DNA from: Candidatus Methanomethylophilaceae archaeon
Lineage (GTDB): Archaea > Thermoplasmatota > Thermoplasmata > Methanomassiliicoccales > Methanomethylophilaceae
Direction of reading: 5' to 3'
NCBI GenBank assembly: GCA_050950505.1
Contig: JBMNHS010000001.1
Location: 256,001 to 320,000, forward strand
Length of the DNA stretch: 64,000 nt
Shown in pieces: positions 1 to 9,800 of the stretch (positions are counted from its first letter, which is position 1; the number at the start of each line of letters is the position of its first letter). Below the pieces are notes generated by a model that had not been told where the DNA came from, did no database searches, and worked only from the letters and a program-made list of their open reading frames with translations. Position numbers and translations under genes: made by a program.

Positions 1-1419
1 TCTATTATTGATGACAGTGATTTAAAAAAGTAGGATTTCGATCTTTGGAACAAGATGCTTTCCTCTATCGGCCCGTGTCTGAAATCCGTTAGAGATGCCG
101 TCAGACTTTTGAATTTATTTGCGTTGAAATATACTTTGATGAGGGGGGAAACAGATGTCATTGAACTTCTGGGGCTTACCTGTATAGAAATTTTTGAACC
201 TGCTGTGTATGGTGCGATACCGTTTCATAAGAAACAGTTGTGCGGAGGGATATATGCCCCCAACTATCAGGAAGATCTAAATCGGACCGCCAATTCATTT
301 AATATTTTGGTTGCCGAGGTTCGAGAAGACACAAGAAAAGACGCCGTCGGGAACATACTCACGGTATTGTTTCCAAAACTTGACTATGTTACAAACAGAC
401 ATTACAGAATTGGCAGAACGTGTAACGATTCTGAAGCATTGAATAACACCAGAATCTCTCATAGAAACTGCTTTGACAAATATTTCAAACTTAATATTGG
501 ACGAGATGCGCTTTCTAAGAGTTTTATTGATTACATGGTTTTCAATTCTTCTGAAGACGAACTATTAAAAAATATTTCAGAAGTGGCAGCAAACAAAAAA
601 ATTGGACCGCTGTTTGATCAGATTTATGCTAAATTCGACATGGGTGATAAATTTTCTGAAATGTCTGAGAGAGCCGCTTTGATTGTGAGGTGTCTTTTCC
701 TGTACGGATATGGTTCGGAAGGGTATGAGGGTCCGTTCTATATGTCATACGATATGAGTCAGAGACGCGTTGTCTTCAAACTACTGGAAAATATAAACGA
801 TTCCGACAGATATGGTGTAATACATGGAATATTCACAAACTCTGATACGGATCTTGCCGCAGTGCACGATTTATTATACACCCTCAGAGAACAACAAGAA
901 GATTTACCGGAGGGGTCGGATAAAAACTATCCGGACAACGCATTGCTGACACGCAAAGAGGTTCACGAATTAGAGGAAATTTTTGTTAATCGCATAACCT
1001 CTCTGAGTACGGATGACTTATTGACCAACATATCTGCAATATACATACTAAAGATGTTGTGGGAACTTGATAAAGCGAAATATGAAAATTACACTCGTGA
1101 TTTGATTGCTCAGAATTTATCCCTGGCAAATTTAATATGTGCTTCAGTGACTCACGGAAGTCTGTTGGGAATAGAGCAAAAAATTACGTGGAACATACGC
1201 GAAGAAGAACTAGAGAAGTACATCGATTTGGATACTGCCTATAGGCGCATGGTAAATTTCGTAAAAACTGATGGTTTTAGAACTATGCCATTTGATAGAA
1301 AAAAGAATCTGGCTGCATTTTTAATATATATGGAAAGTGGAACGAAGAAGGGACATATCGGCGGTAGATACATTTTTATTGAAGATATCGACGAAAGATT
1401 GGAAAAGATCGAAGAGTAA
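1..1419 (+). CDS. KAP-family P-loop NTPase, C-terminal part (5' end outside window; in-frame TAG at 31-33)
   Basis: Motif 'W..mlssI...lksvRDavRLlN.f...Y....gEtdviELLgLtcieiFePavY' and later 'RISHRNCFDKYF' are typical of the region following the KAP NTPase core. Frame 1 is open from base 1 except for one TAG. AT-rich. Confidence 0.7.
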
Positions 1420-1467
1420 ACAGCTTGATTTTTTAAAATCCAAAACACCGCAACTTACAATTCCTGC

Positions 1468-1791
1468 AGGGCTCTTGTTCAGCAGACACCGTGTTTGGTT
1501 TTGGACGAACCGACAAATCATTTGGATATCAAGTTTCAGATGGAAATCATGGATATCGTCAAAGAATTGGGATGCACCGCACTTTGTGCCCTTCACGATC
1601 TCAATCTTGCCGCACAGTATTGTGACAGAATATATGTTCTGAATCACGGTCGTATTGTGAAAGAAGGAACTCCTGAAGAGGTAATTACCGAAGACTTATT
1701 GCAGGACGTTTTCGGAGTCAAGGCCTCGATTGATTATAACACCGAAATAGGCAGAATAAATGTTGTGTATCATCCCAGGCACCTGTCCTGA
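1468..1791 (+). pseudogene. C-terminal remnant of a FecE/FhuC-type iron/cobalamin ABC transporter ATPase
   Basis: Reads RALVQQTPCLVLDEPTNHLD...LHDLNLAAQYCD (Walker B, D-loop, H-loop). Walker A and signature motif are absent, and the KAP gene lies ~50 bp upstream. Confidence 0.85.
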
Positions 1792-1926
1792 TTTATAAAA
1801 ACAAAGGCATGCCCACTGTATCCATGAGAAGGATTGCTACTACATCCATCGTGATTCCGTACATCCGGACAAAGGTCTTCCACCTTCGGATGAAGTGCCA
1901 GCTTTAATAAGAAATTATTTAAGTCA

Positions 1927-3282
1927 TTGTTTCATCGCCAAACCGTGAACGACATTGCGTCCATAATCCTGATTATATTCATCCTGCTGCTTTTTGCAAA
2001 AATTGTAGGGGGTATATTCGAGAAACTGAAAATGCCGAAACTCATCGGAGAGATTCTGGCCGGAGTCATATTCATCAATCTGGCCATATTCGTTCCCGGA
2101 TTCGGGGATGCCATAGGTTTCTCGGTCAGTGATTTCAACGATCCGACCCATGCGAACTTCTTCGAAATAATGGGAGAACTCGGAATAATATTCCTTCTGT
2201 TCTCGGTGGGTCTCGAAATGAAGTTCAGCGAACTCATGAAGGTCGGAAGGACCGCAATAAACGTCGCCGTCCTCGGTATCGTCATACCTTTCGCAGGCGG
2301 GATGCTGTTCATGTTCCATGAAATGGTGTCCTTCGAGGCGGCGCTTCTAATAGGGGCGGCTCTCTTCGGCACGAGCACCGCGGTGGGGGTGGAATGCCTG
2401 AGAAACGTGAATGCCATGGATTCCATGGAAGCCAAGCTGATAATCAGCGCCACAATCATAGACGACATATTGTGTCTGGCATTGTTGGGTGTAATAATAG
2501 GAATGATCCAACCGGAGGCCAGCATTCAGTCCATCGTAATCAACGCCGTGATTGTGATTGCCTTCGTACTGTTCATGTTCCTGTTCATATCCAGAATCAA
2601 AGATCTGGCAACCCGCAGAAAGAAGAGAATATCGGAGAGAAAGAAGGCGATTGCATTATCCAACGGCGAAGACGTGTGCGGCTGCGAGACGGAACAGCCC
2701 ATGGAAGAACTGGGTGCGCTGGGCCTCGCAATACTGGTGTGTATGGGTCTTGCGGCCGTTTCGGTCAACATAGGATTGGCCGCAATAATAGGTGCTTTCT
2801 TCGCAGGCATGATATTCGCAGAGTTCAAGGACACCGTTCCCTGTGAGCATAATTTCAACGTCATCACGTACTTCATGCTGCCTTTCTTCTTCCTTTGGGT
2901 TGGAATGGAAGTCCAGTTTGACAGAGTGCTGGAATACGGCGCTGACATCGTTATCCTGCTTGTGGCGGTGCTGATTGTTGCTATCATCACCAAGTACGTG
3001 GCGGGATTCCTCGGTTCCAAGACCGGAAAGCTTCCCAACGATTCGAGCCATCTCGTGGCAGTGAGCTTTATTCCCAGAGGGGAAGTGGGCATAATCGTGG
3101 CTACCCTGGGTCTGAGGTACGGCGTTTTCGATACGCCCGTGTTCACGGTCATAATTCTGATGGCGCTGATAACCTCCATGGTCGCGCCGCCTTTCATAAC
3201 AAGGGCTTACCTGAAGGTTGAGAAGAACCGTGCGGAAACGGAGATCTCCCCTAATGTACCCGGCGAAGAAAGATTCTCATAA
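1927..3282 (+). CDS. cation:proton antiporter (CPA2, NapA/KefB-like)
   Basis: Many TM helices, 'LIGEILAG', 'LFSVGLE', 'ATIIDD', 'IPRGEVGI' motifs. The true start may be GTG 1945. Confidence 0.9.
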   Translation: MFHRQTVNDIASIILIIFILLLFAKIVGGIFEKLKMPKLIGEILAGVIFINLAIFVPGFGDAIGFSVSDFNDPTHANFFEIMGELGIIFLLFSVGLEMKFSELMKVGRTAINVAVLGIVIPFAGGMLFMFHEMVSFEAALLIGAALFGTSTAVGVECLRNVNAMDSMEAKLIISATIIDDILCLALLGVIIGMIQPEASIQSIVINAVIVIAFVLFMFLFISRIKDLATRRKKRISERKKAIALSNGEDVCGCETEQPMEELGALGLAILVCMGLAAVSVNIGLAAIIGAFFAGMIFAEFKDTVPCEHNFNVITYFMLPFFFLWVGMEVQFDRVLEYGADIVILLVAVLIVAIITKYVAGFLGSKTGKLPNDSSHLVAVSFIPRGEVGIIVATLGLRYGVFDTPVFTVIILMALITSMVAPPFITRAYLKVEKNRAETEISPNVPGEERFS

Positions 3283-3515
3283 ATCAGAGCTCCCTCCCGA
3301 CAATGATTTTTTTGAGATGAGGCTATTCCGTGTTGATATCAGACAGACTGGCACTGAAAGGTTCTGTTGCCCGAATAATTAAAATCTTCTGCCGAACCCC
3401 TCTGTTGAAGAATGTGTAATAATGTCGAGCGTTACGTACGTATATACCAACCGTCGATATATTGATTGTAACCCATGTTGTTTAAAATCGAATAACTCAT
3501 GGTACCACATACGGC

Positions 3516-4622
3516 GTGTTGAGTGAAATGAACGATTCAAAGAAGTTTTCAATCAGATTCGATGGCGGCCGGTTCAAAAACCAGAGACTCCCATTCAATT
3601 CTCTCATGGATATAGCGTTAATTGAGAGGATGGTGATGGATATAGCTTCAGAAGTTTTCATCGAAGAAAATCCTGAAAGAGTAAGAGCTCCGAGGAATTT
3701 TAAGAAAAATTACTTTTTGTCCATGACCGATCTGACCGACGGCTCTACCGTGGTTGAATTCACAATCTCAAACAGAATACCCCAACAGGTTTTCGAATCC
3801 AAAGAAGAAAGGTCTATTGAGATTGCCATTGACGATTTTATTGATTATTGGGGTAATGATCTTGAAGAAAATAAATTTAAAAAAAGGGGCGACAGAATAA
3901 AGCCGCACCTCAGATTATTCGGACAAAGTCTTCTTGACGGAGAGTGGATGGAATTCAGCAGCAATAATAAAAAATCCATCTATAACCAAAAAATAAGGCA
4001 TGAACTCATTGAAGAAGGCACAGAGTACAATGATGGGATTGAAATTTACGGAGAGGTGCAGGAATTAGATAATAAATCCGAAACGTTCAGACTTCATTAT
4101 ATGGAAAAAGGGAGGGAGAGACGCGTCAATATCGCCCTGGATGCTGACCATAAGGATTCTATTCATATTGCTTTGAAGGAGGATAATCGAAAGGTGTTCG
4201 TAAGAGGGACCGGTAATTTTAAAGATCAGAAACTGCAAAAGATTGAGAAAATAGACGAATTCCAACTTCTTGACCCGCGTGACATACAGTTCAAACTGAA
4301 TGACCTTAAAAATCTTGAAGACGGTTGGTTTGAGAACGTGGGTAAAGCCCCATCGGCAGAAGGGTTAACGAAATTATCAGAACTCTTCGATGATTATTAC
4401 ACAGAAGACAGAAACCTCCCTTATATCTACCCGACGCCGGAAGGTAATCTTGAATTGGAATGGTCCATCACGGATGCTGAAGTCATATTGGGAATTAATA
4501 TCGATTCATTAATGGGAGATCTTCTGGTGATTTATGACAACAAAGAAATTCAATATGACCTGGATTTGAACACATCCTCAGACTGGAATAAACTGAATGA
4601 TGTTCTTAAGGGTGTGTGCTAA
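3516..4622 (+). CDS. hypothetical protein (candidate partner/antitoxin of downstream gene; central OB-like region, C-terminal 'LEDGW..PYIYPTPEGNLELEW' domain)
   Basis: 368-aa AT-rich ORF, coupled to the next ORF by a TAATG overlap. Confidence 0.75.
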   Translation: MLSEMNDSKKFSIRFDGGRFKNQRLPFNSLMDIALIERMVMDIASEVFIEENPERVRAPRNFKKNYFLSMTDLTDGSTVVEFTISNRIPQQVFESKEERSIEIAIDDFIDYWGNDLEENKFKKRGDRIKPHLRLFGQSLLDGEWMEFSSNNKKSIYNQKIRHELIEEGTEYNDGIEIYGEVQELDNKSETFRLHYMEKGRERRVNIALDADHKDSIHIALKEDNRKVFVRGTGNFKDQKLQKIEKIDEFQLLDPRDIQFKLNDLKNLEDGWFENVGKAPSAEGLTKLSELFDDYYTEDRNLPYIYPTPEGNLELEWSITDAEVILGINIDSLMGDLLVIYDNKEIQYDLDLNTSSDWNKLNDVLKGVC

Positions 4623-4987
4623 TGGACGGAGACACGATTTTGCTGAGGCACGTAGTTTCCGACTGGATAGTTGACGGTCGTTTAAGTTCACAGGCATTCC
4701 GTCCCTTTTCAGGGGATAGTCTGTCCACTTATGACGGCGATATGATATCTCCTGAAGAAGCATACCGACATTACACGGAAGTATTGTGTAACAGGTCCGT
4801 AGGCGTATATGGCATAACCTGTGATGAGGTCAAAGAACAAAATCTCGGAATTGTAGAAGACCGGGTGCCCTATAAAGAGCACATATCCGTGGATTTTCGA
4901 GGAGTGGGTTCCAATGGAAGGAAGTCGAAATCCCGAAAATTAGCATCTTACGCCAAGGATAGAGGTCACCTCTATAAACCTGATTGA
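4622..4987 (+). CDS. small hypothetical protein, ADP-ribosyltransferase/RES-like motif pattern
   Basis: 'ILLR', 'SSQAF', 'LSTY', 'EHISVDF' spacing resembles ART-fold R-S-H/E proteins (inference). ATG overlaps the upstream stop. Confidence 0.65.
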   Translation: MDGDTILLRHVVSDWIVDGRLSSQAFRPFSGDSLSTYDGDMISPEEAYRHYTEVLCNRSVGVYGITCDEVKEQNLGIVEDRVPYKEHISVDFRGVGSNGRKSKSRKLASYAKDRGHLYKPD

Positions 4988-5216
4988 AAAACACAGTATA
5001 AGTCTTAAGAGTGAATGACTCGGATGATTATTATTCATTGAATAATATAAGGAAATAACATGATATATCATCGGAGCGGAGAGGGCCTGGGTATTTACAG
5101 TGATTAAGTTTCAACAAACGGAGCCGCATCTGTTTTCATGCGATATTCTCCCTTCGTACCTCAACACGGACAAGACGTAACCGCTCCGCTGTCCGTCTAA
5201 AAAATAAACAGTTTAC

Positions 5217-5288
5217 GGACCGGTGCTTTCGCAACCGAGTCCATGTTTTTTGAAGGTGCCGCCGATTCCGCAATAGCGGAACGGCGGC
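5217..5288. terminator. pair of hairpins between convergent genes; probable terminator
   Basis: GGACCGGT-gctttcgca-ACCGAGTCC flanked by A/T tracts, and GCCGCCGATTCCGC-aata-GCGGAACGGCGGC at 5258-5288. Confidence 0.5.
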
Positions 5289-5326
5289 TTTGCGTCCGAT
5301 CGCTCGGATGATTGCTGTTGCGTCCC

Positions 5327-8155
5327 TTACTCTTTCTGCGTCCCCCTCTTCTTAATGAAGAACACTGCCGCAAGGGCTATTGCCGCAACTACGGCTATGA
5401 CCGCAGCATACAATGTCGGGAAACCTCCGGCACCGCCGTCGTCAACGAAATACATCACGGCATAGTATGACAGATGGTCGGTAACAAAGGTCACGTACCC
5501 GTCCTCATATGTGCATTTGTACTTCTCAACGGTTCCTTCATCGTTGACGAACCACACACTCAGATTGTTCTTGTCTTCTTCGGGACCGAGTTCGTACTTC
5601 AGAGTTACCGTCAACGATCCGTTACCGAAGGATGATACGTCACCGATATTGACGCTGAAAACCGGACGGTCTCCGACCTTATCCAGAATTGCCTGACTGA
5701 GTTCGTTTGCGTTGACTTCGGAAATCGTTACCGATACGGAATCCGTCAGTGATCCGAGCAATGCTTCCAGTGCCGCCTTGTTCAAAGATATCGAGCCTCC
5801 GGAAACAGATATGGAAACACCTTTGACGGAGGGATCGTCTATCATGGCATCCAGAAGTTTTCCGAACATCTCCGTAGATATCTCGATTTCTTCCAAATCT
5901 TCGACGTCCGCCTCTATTATTCCGTCTTTTACGGACGACTGTATTTCGCTTTCATTCATCTGCAGAACGACTTTGAAGTCCGCAACGAATGTAACGTCTC
6001 CGGATGCCGTCATACTTTCCGTGAACCCGATCCAACCCATGAATTCATAACCGAATTTCGCACCGGGTTCCTTTACGGGATCGTCCGCAGGTGCGGCTAT
6101 GGTCGATCCGTGGTCGAGAGTCTGAGTGTTAAATTCAACATCGTCGACCTTCCAGGTTATGGTATAGGTGTTTATAGTCCACTGTGCGACCAGTGTTATA
6201 TCTTCAGCGGGCATCAGGGACGGGACGTTTCTGTCCCACTTGAAAGAATAGCCCTCTATCAGAAGACTGCTTTCAGGTATCACGATTTCCGAATGATATG
6301 TGAAATCCTTGTAATACAGGTCACCGTCTTTTGTCCATCCGTCCGGTGTCAAATCAATAGAACTTTCGTTAGGATTGATATACAGTCTGTAAACACCAAA
6401 CGGTTCGTAACTGAATGTTGTGTATTCGCCTTTGTACGAATCCAGGAATCCGTCATTCATAAGTGAATATACTGTGCATGTCGTCGGTTCGGATTCCGTG
6501 CCCAAGTTGAAACTGTTCGCTTCGAACGTGGTGGGCGTTCCGTTAAAGAATATGGTTGATAGACTTGTGCATCCGAAGAACGCATTTTCTAAGATGTTTT
6601 CAACACCTTCACCGATTACGACTATGGCAAGCCCGGTACATCCGGAGAACGAGCTGTCGCCGATAACCGTGACACTGTCACCGATGGTTACGGATGTCAG
6701 TCCGGTACATCCCTCAAACATATCGTCCAGGATAACTGTTATTCCGTCGAGAAGAACCAATACTTCCAGTTTATCGGTTTTTGGCAATGCACTCAGTGCA
6801 TTATCACTCGCTACGTCCATATTGACTATATTGTTACATCCGTGGAATGCGTTTACTCCGACGGATGTGACTCCGTTGCCGATTGTTACGGAAGTCAATC
6901 CGGTGCATGTAGCGAACGCCCTTTCCCCAATGGATATGACACTGTCGGGTATTGCGATTGAAGTGAGTTTATTGCATCCGTAGAACGCGTGATTCTCTAT
7001 GTAAGTAACACTGTCGGGTATGGTAAACGATCCTGTTTTTCCTCTCAGACATTGGATAAGAGTCGTCTTATCTCTGTCATAAAAAACTCCGTCTTCTGCT
7101 GAATAATTCATATTGTTCGCATCAACGTAGAAAGACGATAATCCTGTACAATCGTAAAACGCATAGTCTTCGATAGTTGTGACACTAGCAGGTATTGTGA
7201 CGGAAGTCAGTCCGGTACATTGGTAGAACGCGTAGCTTCCGATAAACGTGACGCCTTCGGGTATTATGACGGAAGTCAGTCCGGAGCACTTATAGATCGC
7301 GGAGGCTCCGATAGAGGTGACACTGTCGGGTATTTCGAAGGATCCCGTCTTTCCTGCCGGGAATTGGATAAGAGTTGTCTTATCCTTATTGTAAAGAACA
7401 CCCTCTTCCGCTGAATAATCCATATTGTTTATGTCTACATCGAAAGACGATACCTTTGCGCATTCGCGGAAAGCGTAGGCTCCGATGGAGGTGACACTGT
7501 CGGGTATTGTGATTGAGGTGAGTTTGCTGCATTCGCGGAACGCGGAGGCTCCGATAGAGGTGACACTGTCGGGTATGGGAGCGTGAGTTAGTCCGATGCA
7601 CCCGGCGAACGCGGAGGTTCCGATGGATACGACGTTCTTACCGATAGTGACAGAGGTTATTCCGGTGGATTGGTAGAACGCGGAGGCTCCGATGGAGGTG
7701 ACACTGTCGGGTATTGTGACGGAAGTCAGTCCGGTGCATCTGTAGAACGCGGATGCTCCGAGGGAGGTGACATTTTTCTCTGCACCGTCAACCGTGATTG
7801 TGGCAGGTATTACCAGACTCCCTGACGGCGCAACATATTCTGCGCCGTTGTCCCACCCGACTACTTCATAATCGTCTGTTTCTTCAACAAGAGAATATGC
7901 CAGCCGGTACTTGTCGGAAGTATCCGGTATATCCACGGATTCTCCGTATTTGTAATCGCTGCCGCTTACACCGCTTCCGAGAACCATGTATGCGTTATGG
8001 TCATAGTTATCGTTCTGTTCGGTGAAAACGACTGATGCCGTTATTATTAAGGTTACTGCGACAGCCAAAGATATCAGAAACGGGCTGCTTTTTTTCAAAC
8101 CGTTTATTCTGGTTGTCAAACCTGAACCTCTTATAGGATTCGCTATTTTTTTCAT
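5327..8155 (-). CDS. BspA-type leucine-rich-repeat surface protein with Listeria/Bacteroides (InlB-B-like) repeats and C-terminal membrane anchor
   Basis: N-terminal TM, repeated 'CTGLTSVTIPDSVTSIGASAF', 'MPAEDITLVAQWTINTYTITW', 'FVTDHLSYYAV', C-terminal TM plus basic tail. Confidence 0.9.
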   Translation of the reverse strand: MKKIANPIRGSGLTTRINGLKKSSPFLISLAVAVTLIITASVVFTEQNDNYDHNAYMVLGSGVSGSDYKYGESVDIPDTSDKYRLAYSLVEETDDYEVVGWDNGAEYVAPSGSLVIPATITVDGAEKNVTSLGASAFYRCTGLTSVTIPDSVTSIGASAFYQSTGITSVTIGKNVVSIGTSAFAGCIGLTHAPIPDSVTSIGASAFRECSKLTSITIPDSVTSIGAYAFRECAKVSSFDVDINNMDYSAEEGVLYNKDKTTLIQFPAGKTGSFEIPDSVTSIGASAIYKCSGLTSVIIPEGVTFIGSYAFYQCTGLTSVTIPASVTTIEDYAFYDCTGLSSFYVDANNMNYSAEDGVFYDRDKTTLIQCLRGKTGSFTIPDSVTYIENHAFYGCNKLTSIAIPDSVISIGERAFATCTGLTSVTIGNGVTSVGVNAFHGCNNIVNMDVASDNALSALPKTDKLEVLVLLDGITVILDDMFEGCTGLTSVTIGDSVTVIGDSSFSGCTGLAIVVIGEGVENILENAFFGCTSLSTIFFNGTPTTFEANSFNLGTESEPTTCTVYSLMNDGFLDSYKGEYTTFSYEPFGVYRLYINPNESSIDLTPDGWTKDGDLYYKDFTYHSEIVIPESSLLIEGYSFKWDRNVPSLMPAEDITLVAQWTINTYTITWKVDDVEFNTQTLDHGSTIAAPADDPVKEPGAKFGYEFMGWIGFTESMTASGDVTFVADFKVVLQMNESEIQSSVKDGIIEADVEDLEEIEISTEMFGKLLDAMIDDPSVKGVSISVSGGSISLNKAALEALLGSLTDSVSVTISEVNANELSQAILDKVGDRPVFSVNIGDVSSFGNGSLTVTLKYELGPEEDKNNLSVWFVNDEGTVEKYKCTYEDGYVTFVTDHLSYYAVMYFVDDGGAGGFPTLYAAVIAVVAAIALAAVFFIKKRGTQKE

Positions 8156-8544
8156 CGTGATTTTTCCCCCATGTAAAGTGTTTATATGCGATTATAACGC
8201 ACTGACATAAAGGTATTTATAATAAAATGATAAATAAATATTTAATTTCATCAAACGTCGTAATTTTTTCAATTATCTAAATATTTAGTTTCGATTTAGA
8301 AGATAATCTATCTCAAATGCCGTAAATTTCAACAATGGCATAACCGTAATTTTGCGTGAAATCGACGTGTTTCGGTCTGACGGCATCTTTGAATCTTACA
8401 CCGTCAATCGAGAGAGTGTGTGCCCGGGAGATAAGTGTTTTTAATCCGAACGTGAAATTTTTCAGATCATGCTTTGTGCTGAATCTTGGATTGTTTCTTT
8501 TAATATAAAGAAAATATTATATAATGTAACCTAATTGTAACAAT

Positions 8545-8814
8545 ATGGACCCGTGGGTCGAAAGAGTGGGAGAAACAGAATTCTCTCTGCGTTTGTTCAG
8601 ATTGCAAGATCAATGCGGTCTGACATTCAAAGAGGCTGTAGCCGTTCTTACGCATCATGACTTCACCGATGATCTGGCCGAAAAGTGGGGCGTCAGCAAG
8701 CAAGCAGTGCACAATGCGAGTAGACGCGGGTACGATAAGATTTACGCCAAAGTGGGCACCGACGAGATGGCAGTGGCGGAATTCGTACCGTTATACTTTA
8801 CACAGATATTCTGA
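8545..8814 (+). CDS. small helix-turn-helix protein (sigma70-r4/HTH_10-like)
   Basis: 'DDLAEKWGVSKQAVHNASRRGYDKI' HTH pattern; preceded by AT-rich promoter-like sequence. Confidence 0.7.
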   Translation: MDPWVERVGETEFSLRLFRLQDQCGLTFKEAVAVLTHHDFTDDLAEKWGVSKQAVHNASRRGYDKIYAKVGTDEMAVAEFVPLYFTQIF

Positions 8815-8931
8815 AAAGAGCAATATAGTGCACGTCAGATTATTATCCAAAGGCTTTATTGGGAGGCTTCTTAAGAAATATAAAAACAAAATAAAGAATT
8901 ACATTATATAATATGAACACAATTGTTCAAT

Positions 8932-9219
8932 ATGAGCGACGAGTTAGCGAGAATTGAAGCACATTACAAAGAACAACGATACAAGATGGCTATGTGTGTA
9001 TACAAGCTTCAAAGGGAAGCGGGTATGAGTTTTCGCGAAGCCCGAATCGCGATGGTAGACAGAGGCGAGAGTGCATTGAGTATATCCAAGGAGTTTGAAA
9101 TGAGTCAGGACGCACTCAGAATGGTATATCTCAGGTCCGAAAGAAAACTCCGCAAAACGGGAAAAACATTGGAAGAATTCTGCGGAGAGGATTTCCCCGC
9201 ATTCATTCTTGCTGATTGA
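8932..9219 (+). CDS. small helix-turn-helix protein, paralog of 8545-8814
   Basis: 'VYKLQREAGMSFREA' vs 'LFRLQDQCGLTFKEA'; 'SISKEFEMSQDALRMVYLRSERKL'. Confidence 0.7.
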   Translation: MSDELARIEAHYKEQRYKMAMCVYKLQREAGMSFREARIAMVDRGESALSISKEFEMSQDALRMVYLRSERKLRKTGKTLEEFCGEDFPAFILAD

Positions 9220-9443
9220 GATTGCTCTATCATCGAACAATTGTTTGATAAATTGCACAACCTTAACTTACGTTTATTTTTCATCATTGCCGGGCTACAC
9301 AGAACTTCGATTTTACGATTGAAAGTACGAGATACAAGGGAAATGTGTAGGAATGAAAGGAGCCCTATCTCAGGTTTGGCAACAGTGAGTTTACCACAGG
9401 TCTGTTCTCGAATATGCGATACACCTCTTATGAAATTTCGAAA

Positions 9444-9668
9444 TCAATAGAAAAAGAATACTTCTAACACCACAGGTAAAACCCACCAAAATATTGCAAT
9501 AAGTATTGCTACTCCGAAAACTCTGGGTATGATTACTATGAATAAGGTTTCTATAAAATCCGCGAAATCCATACCATAGCCTCCGTCACGAGATTCCAAT
9601 ACGTGAATCAGTATTGTGATAATCACGCTAATAACCAGCAAAATCGCTATCCAGCCCCATAAACTCAC
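9444..9668 (-). CDS. small two-TM membrane protein
   Basis: Two hydrophobic segments; GGTGATG RBS-like sequence upstream of GTG start. Confidence 0.55.
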   Translation of the reverse strand: MSLWGWIAILLVISVIITILIHVLESRDGGYGMDFADFIETLFIVIIPRVFGVAILIAIFWWVLPVVLEVFFFY

Positions 9669-9800
9669 TTACATCACCACCGCGCTTACTTATTATACGA
9701 GTGTTACAAAGATGTGAGACGGGAGAAGGCGTTGTCGCCTCAACCCGATTACATCATGTAGGCAATTTAAACATCAAACACCAGTTCTGATTATTGTTGT

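Noticed and set aside
9241-9450. 69-aa plus-strand ORF ending in TAG as another read-through candidate
   Set aside because: No recognisable protein features, and read-through would run antisense into the 9444-9668 gene.
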